A stretch of 64,000 bases of DNA. It comes from Opitutales bacterium. GTDB taxonomy: Bacteria; Verrucomicrobiota; Verrucomicrobiia; Opitutales; T3Sed10-336. The stretch covers positions 44,864 through 108,863 of the forward strand of contig SLTG01000001.1 of the NCBI GenBank assembly GCA_007130045.1. Reading direction: 5' to 3'. Below, piece after piece: positions 29,829 through 38,335 of the stretch (position 1 is the stretch's first letter; the number at the start of each line of letters is the position of its first letter). The notes below the pieces were generated by a model. It had not been told where the DNA came from. It searched no databases and saw only the letters and a program-made list of their open reading frames with translations. The translations under genes were made by a program, and so were the position numbers.

Positions 29829-29945
29829 CTCCGGGATTCCGAAGTCCGTAACGGGAGCGGCTCGCTCCGATGCGGCGCGAACCGCAGTGTATGATAGCGC
29901 AATTATGCCGAAGACGGCAAGCAGGCGGAGGGTTTGGGATTTCAT
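26394..29945 (-). CDS. Giant RCC1-repeat surface protein, N-terminal segment (meaningful coding 26835..29945; 26394..26834 is an out-of-frame tail)
   Basis: Signal peptide 'MKSQTLRLLAVFGIIALSYTAVRAA'. 12 RCC1 blades in two super-modules, each followed by a B-repeat-like and a cadherin-like domain ('FGLVSGEGDADNALFAVEGNEL', 'FALVSGEGDEDNGRFTIDGNEL'). After 'ESKIAVGG' the translation becomes Arg/Ser/Trp-rich nonsense. Confidence 0.85.
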   Translation of the reverse strand: MKSQTLRLLAVFGIIALSYTAVRAASERAAPVTDFGIPEAKVSAGIFHTVLLSSDGAVFTFGRGTRGQLGHGDTESRTIPVAIEHQALSGHTIVDVAAGDHHTVLLSNDGTVFTFGSGVDGRLGHGDTANRHVPTKIVHGNLSGHTITGIAAGGAHTVLLSSDGTVFTFGLGSHGRLGHGDTGNRNVPVAIEHEDLTGHTIAGIAAGGSHTLLYLSDGAVLSFGQGREGALGHGDTVDRSTPVPIEHESLSGKSIVEVAAGTRFSVLLAADGTVLTFGRGNEGQLGHGDTSARLDPSPIDSEVFGGHAISRITTGSAHTVLYGADAVFTFGAGNLGRLGQGDMEGRTVPVQIGHESLSGQTIVEVAAGGAHTAVLTAEGSVLTFGMGILGQLGHFDTEHRLVPAPIGFFRLAGHRMVRFETAGGGQGTLLVGGEEVSEFPFMTQFETDAQLPVEAVPEPGAYFDRWLGELSGTGGTRTLIADADKTVKAVFGESAFVLWHDTIGAEQTGEGAVVGLLHAAGAEDDPFTFGLVSGEGDADNALFAVEGNELQTTDSLTKGTYSVRLRATSQGGRTVETAFVVSVVSENVAPKVAGGNSHTVLLGSDGTVYTVGSGGFGRLGHGNTQDLTLPAPVEHDSLIGHRIIDVAAGASFTVLLSADGTVFTFGSGVSGRLGHGDTENRLEPTPIQHEHLAGHLIVAAVAAGSHTVLLSSQGAVFTFGAGGSGQLGHGDTATRFVPTQVPTASLLGHTIDSIAAGGAFTAVLTQDGTVLTFGWGANGRLGHGDTDNRLVPTPIAQEDVFGHAVTGLATGGSHTVLVSSGGTVFTFGRGDGGQLGLGDKEDRLRPARIELLNLLGKRVLRLDAAGTGSGQLLVNGEPVLEFPYYFLGEGDEELALEAISEEDSFFDHWAGDLSGTEFSQSLVLDDHKDVTAIFKLRKIVIWNQSIAAERAVPGALVSRLHAVAPPGETFTFALVSGEGDEDNGRFTIDGNELLLGDELQTGEYSIRLRATGGNGLIIERAFTIRVVAVESKIAVGGTPRSISRPTVKCSHLARVVSANWDTGIPTTDRFRWRSSIRFSPNTPSWMWLPGLGTRCFFPPTGPCLRLAGDGVEHWDTVIRSTVWSRRRSSTGILQATPSFGSRRSPIARSSSRRRERCFRSGTVGWGMMTPNPAVCRWRSSTRT

Positions 29946-30293
29946 GGGTTTGAGGCAGGATTGACTGTTGGTTTCCCGGAGAACGATCGCCCCGAAGGAG
30001 GTTTGGGTTACACTGGCATGGGTACCGTTGACTAATACATCAAAAGTTTACCTGGTTCTTTCGCCCAAGTCAACGAACCGTTGGATATATCCCGGCGTCG
30101 TGAGCGCCTGGTTCGATCCCGAACTCTTCGAAATTGAGCCATCCGACGCCGAACCGGAAGCGCTGAATCTCACCCGGGAGAACCTCGCACTTCTGCCAAG
30201 CGGTGTCACATCGATCCGCGGAACGTAGTGTGCCTGCTTGCAAGTGCTTCCTGCATATGCCACTAAGGAACCCGACGCGCCGGGAAGAATCAC

Positions 30294-31307
30294 GTGGAGG
30301 CACAATCCAGAGTTTCAATGGGGTCGCCGGTCCCATTCGAATACCGGAACGGGACATTTCTCCCGGAAGTGGGATTGTGGCTCGATCCGCGGCGGAAGTC
30401 GCCGCTCGCCTTTATTTCCCATGCCCACGCCGATCACGCCGGCCGTCACGATCGCGTGATCGCCTCTCCCGAAACGCTCGCGCTCATGGCGGCGCGCGGG
30501 GTCAGGCAGCGCGATTCGATTCCCATGGCCTATGGCGAGGAGAGCGAACTCAACGGCGGCCGCATCGAGCTCTTTCCCGCAGGGCACGTTTTGGGCTCGG
30601 CGCAAATCCGCATCACCACCGACTCCGGCAGCCTGGTGTACACGGGCGATTTCAAGCTTCGTCCCAACCGTTCCTGCGAAATCGCGGAAATCCGTCAGGC
30701 CGACGTGCTCATCATGGAAACCACCTTTGGCCTCGCCCGCTACCGTTTTCCGCCACTTGAAGAGACTGTCGGCGAAATCGTCGCTTTTTCCCGCGAGAGC
30801 CTGGAGGAAGGAGCGGTCCCGGTATTCCTGGTTTACTCGCTCGGCAAAGCCCAGGAAGTCCTCTCGATCCTCGGCGATGCCGGGTTCGAGGTCCTTGTAC
30901 ATGAGTCCATCAATCGAGTTACCCGGGTGTACCGGGAATTCGACCGTCCGCTTCCCCAGTGCGCGTGCCTGGACGAAGGGCGAGCCGAGGGCAAGGTGGT
31001 TCTGTTTCCGCCGTCCGCCCGGCGCCCGAAAGCGATCGCAGGCTCCGCACCGGTTCGAACCGCTGCGGTCACGGGCTGGGGGTTGGATCCCTCGGCGCGC
31101 TATCGGTACGGGTGCGACGCGGTCTTTCCGTTGTCGGATCACGCGGACTACGACGACTTGTTCCGATATGTGGAACGGGTCAATCCGCAGGTGGTGTACA
31201 CACTGCACGGCTACGCCGAAGAATTCGCCCGCGACCTGCGGACACGGGGCGTCGAAGCCTGGTCGCTCATTTCCGAAAACCAGATGGAGTTGCCGCTTGA
31301 CCTGTAA
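30294..31307 (+). CDS. Metallo-beta-lactamase/beta-CASP-like nuclease (ligase-associated DNA-damage-response exonuclease family-like)
   Basis: 'FISHAHADHAG' (HxHxDH), 'GHVLGSA', 'YTGDFK', 'METTFG' and C-terminal 'LSDHADYDDL...TLHG'. Alternative ATG at 30318. Confidence 0.7.
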   Translation: MEAQSRVSMGSPVPFEYRNGTFLPEVGLWLDPRRKSPLAFISHAHADHAGRHDRVIASPETLALMAARGVRQRDSIPMAYGEESELNGGRIELFPAGHVLGSAQIRITTDSGSLVYTGDFKLRPNRSCEIAEIRQADVLIMETTFGLARYRFPPLEETVGEIVAFSRESLEEGAVPVFLVYSLGKAQEVLSILGDAGFEVLVHESINRVTRVYREFDRPLPQCACLDEGRAEGKVVLFPPSARRPKAIAGSAPVRTAAVTGWGLDPSARYRYGCDAVFPLSDHADYDDLFRYVERVNPQVVYTLHGYAEEFARDLRTRGVEAWSLISENQMELPLDL

Positions 31308-31545
31308 ACAGTCCGGAGACCTTAACCCCGAATTAACCCAACCCGGCGGGACCGGCACCAAGAACGATCGGGCGAGGCAGCTCGCGCTTACCAGTCTCGG
31401 CCACAGCCGTATGCAGAGGCAAGACCAACGAAAAAGCAGGCCGCCGGCTGGCGACCTGCCTCTCACCCATAAACAAGGCTTCGTACAAGCCCGAATCAAT
31501 CACCGTGCTTGATCCGGAAATCTGGAATCCGACGGGCAATCAACC

Positions 31546-32004
31546 TCATGCGCCGCCGGCGCCACGTTGGCGGCGTTCACCGCCGCCGGCACTACGTTGC
31601 TCCCGAAGTTCTTCCCCGCGGGCGGGTCGTTGGCGACGTTCAACGGCACCGGCGCCACGTTGTTCCCGAAGCTCTTCCAGATGGGCGGTCCAGGCTTCCA
31701 ACTGTTCTTCGGTAAGGGCCTTCTCGATGACTTCGTTCATGGATTCTCGGAGTGCGACCATCGCTTCACGGCGCGACTCGCGATCCTGTGCGGCCTCCAA
31801 ACCCTCCTGGAGTTCGGTAAGGGCCGCTTCGAGGTACTCCTGCTGCGGTTCGCTGAGTTGAAGCACCTCGTTCATCCGCTCGAGTTGTCTTTCGGCGAAG
31901 TTGCCGCCGCCGCGTTGCTGAGGGCCGCGTTCCGCCTGCGCCATGACCATCGGAGTAAAGCCGGCCAAACCAAGGGCTAACAAAAGGACGAAAATCTTTT
32001 TCAT
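31546..32004 (-). CDS. Periplasmic Spy/CpxP-family (LTXXQ-motif) protein
   Basis: ORF 31546..32064; the ATG at 32004 gives signal peptide 'MKKIFVLLLALGLAGFTPMVMAQA'. Helical, with 'LSEPQQ' and 'LTEEQLEAW' motifs. The Arg/Gly-rich C-terminus carries a short internal repeat. Confidence 0.6.
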   Translation of the reverse strand: MKKIFVLLLALGLAGFTPMVMAQAERGPQQRGGGNFAERQLERMNEVLQLSEPQQEYLEAALTELQEGLEAAQDRESRREAMVALRESMNEVIEKALTEEQLEAWTAHLEELREQRGAGAVERRQRPARGEELREQRSAGGGERRQRGAGGA

Positions 32005-32301
32005 AACGTAATCTACAGTTTGTGAATTGATGGTTGTTGTTCGCGAACGGACCAACCGGTCCATTCCTAACAGGTTAAACCCCGCGCAGTTTTAATAGTT
32101 GCATATCATGTCTCATATTCAGGTCTCTTTCAATGACCCGAAAACGGGCCGCGGAACGTGCCGAACCTCCGTTCGCCACACCGGACTCACGAAGGCTCAG
32201 ATTCATAAATATAATGTTTTCCCCTATTATTAGTTAGGTATTTGACTTATTGTGAATCGGGCGCGTCGATGCTACCGTGGAAGCTCATCCAATAAAAAAA
32301 T

Positions 32302-33096
32302 ATGGAAAACAACATCCCTCAAGGGGGGCTGCATGCCCCGGTGCAAGAAATTTCAACCCGCAAGGCCCCCATCGTTTTCCGCCGTAAACGGGGTCGGTGG
32401 CACGAGGCATCCCTGACCCGCTGGTTTCGTTTCACCCTGGAGGAAGCCCGCGAGGTCGCGCGAACCCGTTCACGAACCGCGCCCAAGGCAACGGTCGCAG
32501 CGGCAGTGCCGACCCGAGCGACTCAGGAGGTCGCCGACGGACCGAAACCCGCGGCCCGCGAAATCGGCGCCGCTTCGGTCTCCGACATCCTCGGACACGA
32601 CAACCGACCCGCCTCCACGGCGGCCAAGCCGAAAAACGATGGCGTTCCCAGAAAGTTTCTCCGTTATTTCAAGCTCCTGCTCGACCTGCGCGAACACGTG
32701 GCAGCCGAACTCGAGCTCCATACCAGGGACACGCTCAAACACTCCAGCAGGGAAGACGCCGGAGACCTTTCGGGCTACAGCCTGCACACGGCCGATTCCG
32801 CAACGGATTCGTTCGACCGCGATTTTGCCCTGAGTCTGGTTTCGACGGAACAGGAAGCCCTCGCCGAGATCGATTCCGCCATCAGGCGCATCCACGACGG
32901 CACTTACGGGGTCTGTGAAGTCACCGGACGGCCCATCGAAAAAGAACGGCTTCTCGCGGTCCCGTTTACCCGCTTTTCATTCGAGGGACAAATGAACCAT
33001 GAGAGGCATCCCAAGATGCACGTCCGCCGCGAAGGCGCGTTCCTGGATTCCTCCTACGAAAACCGTGCTTCCCCGACAGGCGGATTTGAGGAATAA
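32302..33096 (+). CDS. DksA/TraR-family protein with a long N-terminal extension and a degenerate zinc finger
   Basis: C-terminal half 'DSATDSFDRDFALSLVSTEQEALAEIDSAIRRIHDGTYGVCEVTGRPIEKERLLAVPFTRFSFEGQ' follows the DksA coiled-coil plus finger pattern. Only 1 of the 4 Cys is retained. Confidence 0.65.
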   Translation: MENNIPQGGLHAPVQEISTRKAPIVFRRKRGRWHEASLTRWFRFTLEEAREVARTRSRTAPKATVAAAVPTRATQEVADGPKPAAREIGAASVSDILGHDNRPASTAAKPKNDGVPRKFLRYFKLLLDLREHVAAELELHTRDTLKHSSREDAGDLSGYSLHTADSATDSFDRDFALSLVSTEQEALAEIDSAIRRIHDGTYGVCEVTGRPIEKERLLAVPFTRFSFEGQMNHERHPKMHVRREGAFLDSSYENRASPTGGFEE

Positions 33097-33305
33097 CCCG
33101 GCCTGATCAAGTACGCGGAAATGACGGCTTGGAAAATAGCTCTCTAGCGGAGGCGTCGTGGAGTTCAGTGGTGTCGGCTCGCCGCGTCCGACGATGACAA
33201 AAGTCGATAAGCGGGTTATATTCAGAAACCAAAGCGGGTGCCAACCCGTCGGAATCTGAAACGCCGATTCCGGTTGTTCCGGATGGGAAAACCGCCACTC
33301 TATCT

Positions 33306-34259
33306 ATGCATCGTTTCCTTGCCAAACCATTGGACTGGCTCGTCATACGCGCAGCGACCGCATTCCTTCCGCGAAACCGGATCGATACCGAGCGCGACCC
33401 GGAGCTTGAGAAGTTCATGGAAGACCCCTTGCGTTTTCTTCTCGGGGATCCCGGTTCCCCTGAGCTCAACTTCTCCACTCCCCGCAATTTCACCTTCAGG
33501 TCCCCCGTTCGGACCCCGTGGCCGGAAAACAATACCGTCTCCGGAAAACTTTACCGGTGTGTAAACGAGTCGGAAAGGAATCCCACAGTAATCCTTCTGC
33601 ACGGATGGAACGACAATCTCGGCTACACGTTGCGCCTCCCCTTATACGCCCGCCTCCTCAATCGATCCGGGCTGAATGCGGTGATCCCGAGACTTCCCTA
33701 TCACGGCCCACGCCGACCGCAAACCCGCGGAGCGATGCGCGACTTCATTTCAAGCGATCCGGCCCGGATGCTCGAAGCGACGCGACAAGCGGTCCTGGAA
33801 ATCCGCGCGCTAACCACGTGGCTCCTGGATCACAAAGCCGGACCCGTCGGACTCTCGGGAACCTCTCTGGGCGGATGGCTCGGAGGGCTCGCGCTCTGCT
33901 CCGATCTTCGCCTGCGTTTCGGCGTGCTGATTACGCCGATTGTCAGCATCGAACAGGCGATTCGCGACCTGCCGTTCTGCGAACCCGTTCGGAGGGCGCT
34001 CCAGGAACATCCGGTTCGCCTGAACCGGATGAACCTCGATGCACATCACCCGAAACCGCCGCCCGAACGCCTCCTGCTAATCGGAGCCCGGCACGACCTT
34101 TTTCTCCCGCCCGAAAAGCTCGAGAGCCTGGCCGCCGCCTGGGGAAACCCGCACCTCTGGCATTTCGATCACGGACACATCAGCGTTGCTTTTTCCGTCC
34201 GGCTTGCCCGAAAAATGGCTGAATGGATTCACCGGACCCTTGCCGGTGACCGGGAATAA
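33306..34259 (+). CDS. Alpha/beta-fold hydrolase
   Basis: 'VILLHGWND', nucleophile elbow 'GTSLGGW', and C-terminal 'FDHGH'. Confidence 0.65.
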   Translation: MHRFLAKPLDWLVIRAATAFLPRNRIDTERDPELEKFMEDPLRFLLGDPGSPELNFSTPRNFTFRSPVRTPWPENNTVSGKLYRCVNESERNPTVILLHGWNDNLGYTLRLPLYARLLNRSGLNAVIPRLPYHGPRRPQTRGAMRDFISSDPARMLEATRQAVLEIRALTTWLLDHKAGPVGLSGTSLGGWLGGLALCSDLRLRFGVLITPIVSIEQAIRDLPFCEPVRRALQEHPVRLNRMNLDAHHPKPPPERLLLIGARHDLFLPPEKLESLAAAWGNPHLWHFDHGHISVAFSVRLARKMAEWIHRTLAGDRE

Positions 34260-34429
34260 CGGTGATCCCTGTTATGGTCTTCTATCCCCAACAACGTTTC
34301 CCGCAATCCTCCTCCGTGCCTCCGAACGCTCAAGGGGTCTTCTCCTTTCCGTCCGACAAAGCCCTTCAACGTCCCCCCGCACCGCTTCGAAAGCAGCGGG
34401 AACGTCGACGCGGGCCGCTCAGTGAGGAA

Positions 34430-35197
34430 TCACGGCGAGACCTCCGGGCCCACGTTTTTCAGCTTAGCCTTTGTGCGATTGAAAATTTCGGCGGGAGAAC
34501 CGTCGGCTTCGACTGTTACCAGCAGATCCCGCTTGGAGTAATACTCGATCAGCGGGCGGGTATTCGCTTCGTAAGCGTCCATTCGCACCCGAACGGACTC
34601 CGGAACGTCGTCCTCCCGCTGGTACAGCGATTCTCCACAGTGATCACATACACCCTCGACCTTTGGGGGTTGCGCGGTGACGTGGAAAACGGCTTTGCAG
34701 CCCGGACAAGTACGACGCCCGCTTAATCGCGCCACCACCTGATCGATCGGCAGCTCGTAGTTCAGCACCGCCGTCAGGGCACATTCCTTCTCTTCCAGGA
34801 ATTCCGAAAGCGCTTCAGCCTGCGCAACCGTACGCGGAAAGCCGTCCAACATGAACCCCCCGCCGCACATCAGACATCGCATCCGTTCGTGAATCAGCTC
34901 CAAAACGATCTCGTCCGGCACCAAATCGCCTCGCAACATGTAATTCAGGGCGCGCGTCATCGTCGGAGAGGCGGTTCCCTTCTCCTGAAGATCCTTCGCC
35001 GCCCTGAAGACGTCGCCGGTGGAAAGATGGCAGACACCATAGTACTCGCTGATTCGCTCTGCCTGGGTGCCCTTTCCGACACCAGGAGCACCGAGCAGCA
35101 CAAACCTCAACGGATTTGCCCGAGTTACTTTCGGCAGAATGCTGCAGGGTACCCTGCCTCCTGTAATCCAGCTTGCCCGGTCGTTTTTTGTCTTCAT
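34430..35197 (-). CDS. adk: Adenylate kinase (zinc-lid type)
   Basis: 'FVLLGAPGVGKGTQAERI', 'LSTGD', and lid 'CPGCKAVFHV...CDHCGESL'. The in-frame TTG at 35110 would give the canonical 'MRFVLLGAPG' N-terminus and is probably the true start. Confidence 0.92.
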   Translation of the reverse strand: MKTKNDRASWITGGRVPCSILPKVTRANPLRFVLLGAPGVGKGTQAERISEYYGVCHLSTGDVFRAAKDLQEKGTASPTMTRALNYMLRGDLVPDEIVLELIHERMRCLMCGGGFMLDGFPRTVAQAEALSEFLEEKECALTAVLNYELPIDQVVARLSGRRTCPGCKAVFHVTAQPPKVEGVCDHCGESLYQREDDVPESVRVRMDAYEANTRPLIEYYSKRDLLVTVEADGSPAEIFNRTKAKLKNVGPEVSP

Positions 35198-35399
35198 GAT
35201 TTCCTCTCAAAATCGCGGAAACGGCGTGCGCGCCTGTCCCGGCTCAAAGTCGTTTTGAAACCCCGATTCATTCGAGGTACGTTGCACGCGCCATCCGAAT
35301 TCCAACAGGCGGAGTTTATCAGGCGGGGCCGGTTTCCTTCTACGTATTTATTGTCAAAAAATCGGCGTTTTCTGCCGGAAATCCGGCGGGGCTTCCGTT

Positions 35400-35651
35400 C
35401 TATCGAAAGCGGACGAAGATACGGCCGAAGTTCTTGCTGTCTTTGTCGATGCGATGGTACTTCGCCTTGATCTCTTTTTGATTGAGAAAGCGGAGGACCC
35501 TTTTCTTCAACTGTCCGCTGCCCTTGCCCGGAATGATCTCCACCAGGGAAATCCGTTTTTCGGCCGCTTCATCGATCACGCGGTTAAGCGCCGACTCGAT
35601 TTGATCGCCACGGTTGAATATATCGTGAAGATCCAGTTTCAGTTTGGCCAT
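35400..35651 (-). CDS. Smr-domain protein
   Basis: 83 aa. 'LDLHD....ALNRVIDEA.....LVEIIPGKGSGQLKKRVLRFL' matches the Smr/MutS2 C-terminal domain pattern. Confidence 0.7.
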   Translation of the reverse strand: MAKLKLDLHDIFNRGDQIESALNRVIDEAAEKRISLVEIIPGKGSGQLKKRVLRFLNQKEIKAKYHRIDKDSKNFGRIFVRFR

Positions 35652-35755
35652 GGGAGGAAAACCGCGGGCATTCGACGATTCCTGCCGTAACCCGAATCCC
35701 GCGGTTGGTTAAACGGCTTTTGCGCGGTTTCTGAACGGAGGTTTTCAGCTTGGGT

Positions 35756-36601
35756 TCAAATTCTCAAGAACAAATACCGGTCGCGGCCGTGGTGGTCCCG
35801 AACGGATTCGATGGAAGTGAACCCGCGCCTGCGAGCGAATTCAGTCAGGGAATCGTGCTGGGCGATCCCGGTTTCAAGCGCCAGCAGCCCTCCCCTTTTC
35901 AGGTGTCGCGGCGCTCCGGCGATGATCGTTTTCAGATCGGCCCGGCCGGATTCCTCGGCCGCCAGCGCCTCGCGCGGCTCGAAGTCCTTCACCTCAGGCT
36001 CGGCGGTCGTCCACTCTTCGGGACTGAGATAGGGAGGATTCGAAACGATCAAATCGAATGGGTCCGCGTCGTCGAGGGCGTCGTACCAATCGGAACAAAG
36101 AAACCCGGCGCGCCCCGCCATCCCGAGGGAATCGGCGTTCTCGCGGGCAAGCTCCATGGCGGCATCGCTTCGGTCGACGGCGGTCCCCGCGGCCTCCGGC
36201 CAATGCTTGAGCAATGAGAGCAATATCGCCCCTGTTCCTGTACCCAAATCCAGGATACGAATGGGCGGACACTCGACCTTATCGATGGTCAATTCGACCA
36301 GTCGCTCCGTCTCCGGTCGCGGAATCAGCGCCCGCCGGTCGGTCCTGATAGTCAGGCTGAAAAACCCGGTTTCGCCAAGGACGTACTGAAGGGGTTCGCG
36401 GGCGCCGCGCCTCCGAACCAGGGGCCGGAGCTCTTCCAGTTCCCGTTCCTGCATGGGACGCTCGAACTGAAGGTAGAGATGGAGGCGCTGGAGCCCCAGC
36501 ACATGGGCGAGCAGCCACTCCGCATCGAGTCGCGGATTTTCGATTCCGCGCGTGCGAAAGTACTCGGTGGTTCGCTTGAGGACTTCGAGGAGCGTCAGCA
36601 T
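35756..36601 (-). CDS. prmC: Peptide chain release factor N5-glutamine methyltransferase
   Basis: 'EPLQYVLGETGFF', 'RALIPRPETE', 'ILDLGTGTGAI' and 'IVSNPPY'. Confidence 0.9.
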   Translation of the reverse strand: MLTLLEVLKRTTEYFRTRGIENPRLDAEWLLAHVLGLQRLHLYLQFERPMQERELEELRPLVRRRGAREPLQYVLGETGFFSLTIRTDRRALIPRPETERLVELTIDKVECPPIRILDLGTGTGAILLSLLKHWPEAAGTAVDRSDAAMELARENADSLGMAGRAGFLCSDWYDALDDADPFDLIVSNPPYLSPEEWTTAEPEVKDFEPREALAAEESGRADLKTIIAGAPRHLKRGGLLALETGIAQHDSLTEFARRRGFTSIESVRDHHGRDRYLFLRI

Positions 36602-36622
36602 GCGGGTATCGCTCGATTCAGG

Positions 36623-37132
36623 TTAGAACGTGCCGGCTGCGGCGCGAATCCTGCGAATGAGTTCCGTCGTGCTGTACCCTTCGAGGAACGGAACAAAACG
36701 GATATCGCTCCCGGTCGCCTCCAAAGCCGTTCGCTCGCCGGGGTCGAGCGTTTCAATCGTGTAATCCCCGGCCTTCGCGTAGAGGTCGGGTTTGATCGCT
36801 TCGATTTCCCGCACGAGACGTTTCCGGTCAAACACGAGAACCGCGTCGACACAATCGAGCGCCGAGAGCGCGTAGGCGCGCTCGGCTTCGCTCTGAACGG
36901 GGCGGGACGGTCCCTTGAGTTCCTTCACGCCAGCATCGTTGTTAATCGCGACAAAAAGAACCTCGCCCAGGGCTCGCGCGGTCGAGAGGAAATAGAGGTG
37001 CCCGGTGTGGAGAAGATCGAAGACCCCGTTGGTCAGGACAACCCGCTTACCCTCGGAACGACACCGCTCGCGGTAAGCAACGGCGCCCTCCAGCGTGTGG
37101 TACTTTGGGTTTTCCAGAGGATTCGGCTTCAC
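36623..37132 (-). CDS. Cytidylyltransferase-family protein, RfaE domain II-like (D-beta-D-heptose 1-phosphate adenylyltransferase)
   Basis: 169 aa. 'VVLTNGVFDLLHTGHLYFL' (HxGH) and 'YSTTELIRRI'. Confidence 0.75.
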   Translation of the reverse strand: MKPNPLENPKYHTLEGAVAYRERCRSEGKRVVLTNGVFDLLHTGHLYFLSTARALGEVLFVAINNDAGVKELKGPSRPVQSEAERAYALSALDCVDAVLVFDRKRLVREIEAIKPDLYAKAGDYTIETLDPGERTALEATGSDIRFVPFLEGYSTTELIRRIRAAAGTF

Positions 37133-37159
37133 AATAATGGCGTGGACTGCCCGTCCGGC

Positions 37160-38317
37160 CTATTCGAAAAACTTCCTGGCCTTGTCGAATATTCCCTTGC
37201 CGGCGGGACCGGCAGGTTCCTCGGCGTCGCCGCTGGCCACGGCAAACTCCTCCAGTATTCGCCGCTGTTCCCCTGTCAGAGAGGTCGGCACCTCGACGTG
37301 AATCCGCACGAGCTGGTCCCCATAGTGACCGCTTCGCAGGTTCGGCATTCCCTTCTTGCGCAGGCGAAAGACCGTTCCCGATTGCGTGCCGGGAGGAATC
37401 TTCAGGTTGGCTTTGCCCGTGAGTGTACGGACTTCGATGTTGCCTCCCAGGGCGGCGAGTGTGAACTTTATGGGCACCTCGCAATAAAGATCGTCGCCCC
37501 GCCTTTCGAAAACCTCGTGCGCCTTGACGTGAATGACGACGTAAAGGTCGCCCGGAGGTCCGCCCTTCACACCGACCTCCCCATTACCGCCGGAACGGAG
37601 CTTTGAGCCGTCGTCCACGCCGGCCGGAATGCGCAGTTTCACGCTGCTCGTCTTGACCGTGCGTCCCTGGCCGCGGCATTCGCGGCAGAGTTTCTCGATC
37701 TTCCGACCGGATCCCTCGCAATCCGGGCAGACCTGCCGAATGCTGAAAAACCCCCGCGAAGTCGTCACCTGCCCGTGTCCGCCGCAGGTGGGACAAACCA
37801 TCGTTTTGGACCCGGGTTCGGCAGCGGAACCCTGGCAACGTTCGCAGGCAACCGGCCGACGGTAGCTGATCTCCTTCTCCACACCGGTGGCGGCCTCCTC
37901 GAGCGTCAGTTCCAGATCGTATCGAAGATCGCCTCCGCGTTGGGCGCCGCCGGTTCCGCCGCCGCCTCCAAAGAATTCCTCGAAAATACCCCCGCTTCCG
38001 CCGCCGCCGCCGCCGAAAACCTCGCGAAAAATGTCGAATGGATCGTGGAATCCACCTCCACCGCGCCCGCCGCCACCGAATCCGCCACCCGCTTCAAACG
38101 CAGCGTGGCCGTAGCGATCGTATGCGGCGCGCTTGTCGGGATCCTTCAATACCTCATAGGCCTCGCCGGCCTGCTTGAACTTCTCTTCGGCCTCCTTGTC
38201 GTCCGGATTCTTGTCCGGATGGAACCGGACCGCCTTCTTGCGGTACGCCTTCTTGATCTCCTCAGCCGAGGCATCGCGAGAGACCCCGAGCACTTCGTAA
38301 TAGTCTTCCTTCTTCAT
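37160..38317 (-). CDS. dnaJ: Molecular chaperone DnaJ
   Basis: J domain 'DYYEVLGV...[17 protein letters not shown]', a G/F region, and four CxxCxGxG repeats ('CERCQGSA', 'CPTCGGHG', 'CPDCEGSG', 'CRECRGQG'). Confidence 0.97.
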   Translation of the reverse strand: MKKEDYYEVLGVSRDASAEEIKKAYRKKAVRFHPDKNPDDKEAEEKFKQAGEAYEVLKDPDKRAAYDRYGHAAFEAGGGFGGGGRGGGGFHDPFDIFREVFGGGGGGSGGIFEEFFGGGGGTGGAQRGGDLRYDLELTLEEAATGVEKEISYRRPVACERCQGSAAEPGSKTMVCPTCGGHGQVTTSRGFFSIRQVCPDCEGSGRKIEKLCRECRGQGRTVKTSSVKLRIPAGVDDGSKLRSGGNGEVGVKGGPPGDLYVVIHVKAHEVFERRGDDLYCEVPIKFTLAALGGNIEVRTLTGKANLKIPPGTQSGTVFRLRKKGMPNLRSGHYGDQLVRIHVEVPTSLTGEQRRILEEFAVASGDAEEPAGPAGKGIFDKARKFFE

Positions 38318-38335
38318 GTCTCCTTGCCAGGATGC

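Noticed and set aside
23875-29945. Regular periodicity of about 150-160 nt that could be mistaken for a repeat array or CRISPR.
   Set aside because: The periodicity is in-frame RCC1 blade coding sequence. The repeats are imperfect at the DNA level and there are no short invariant repeats separated by unique spacers. No CRISPR array is seen anywhere in the window.
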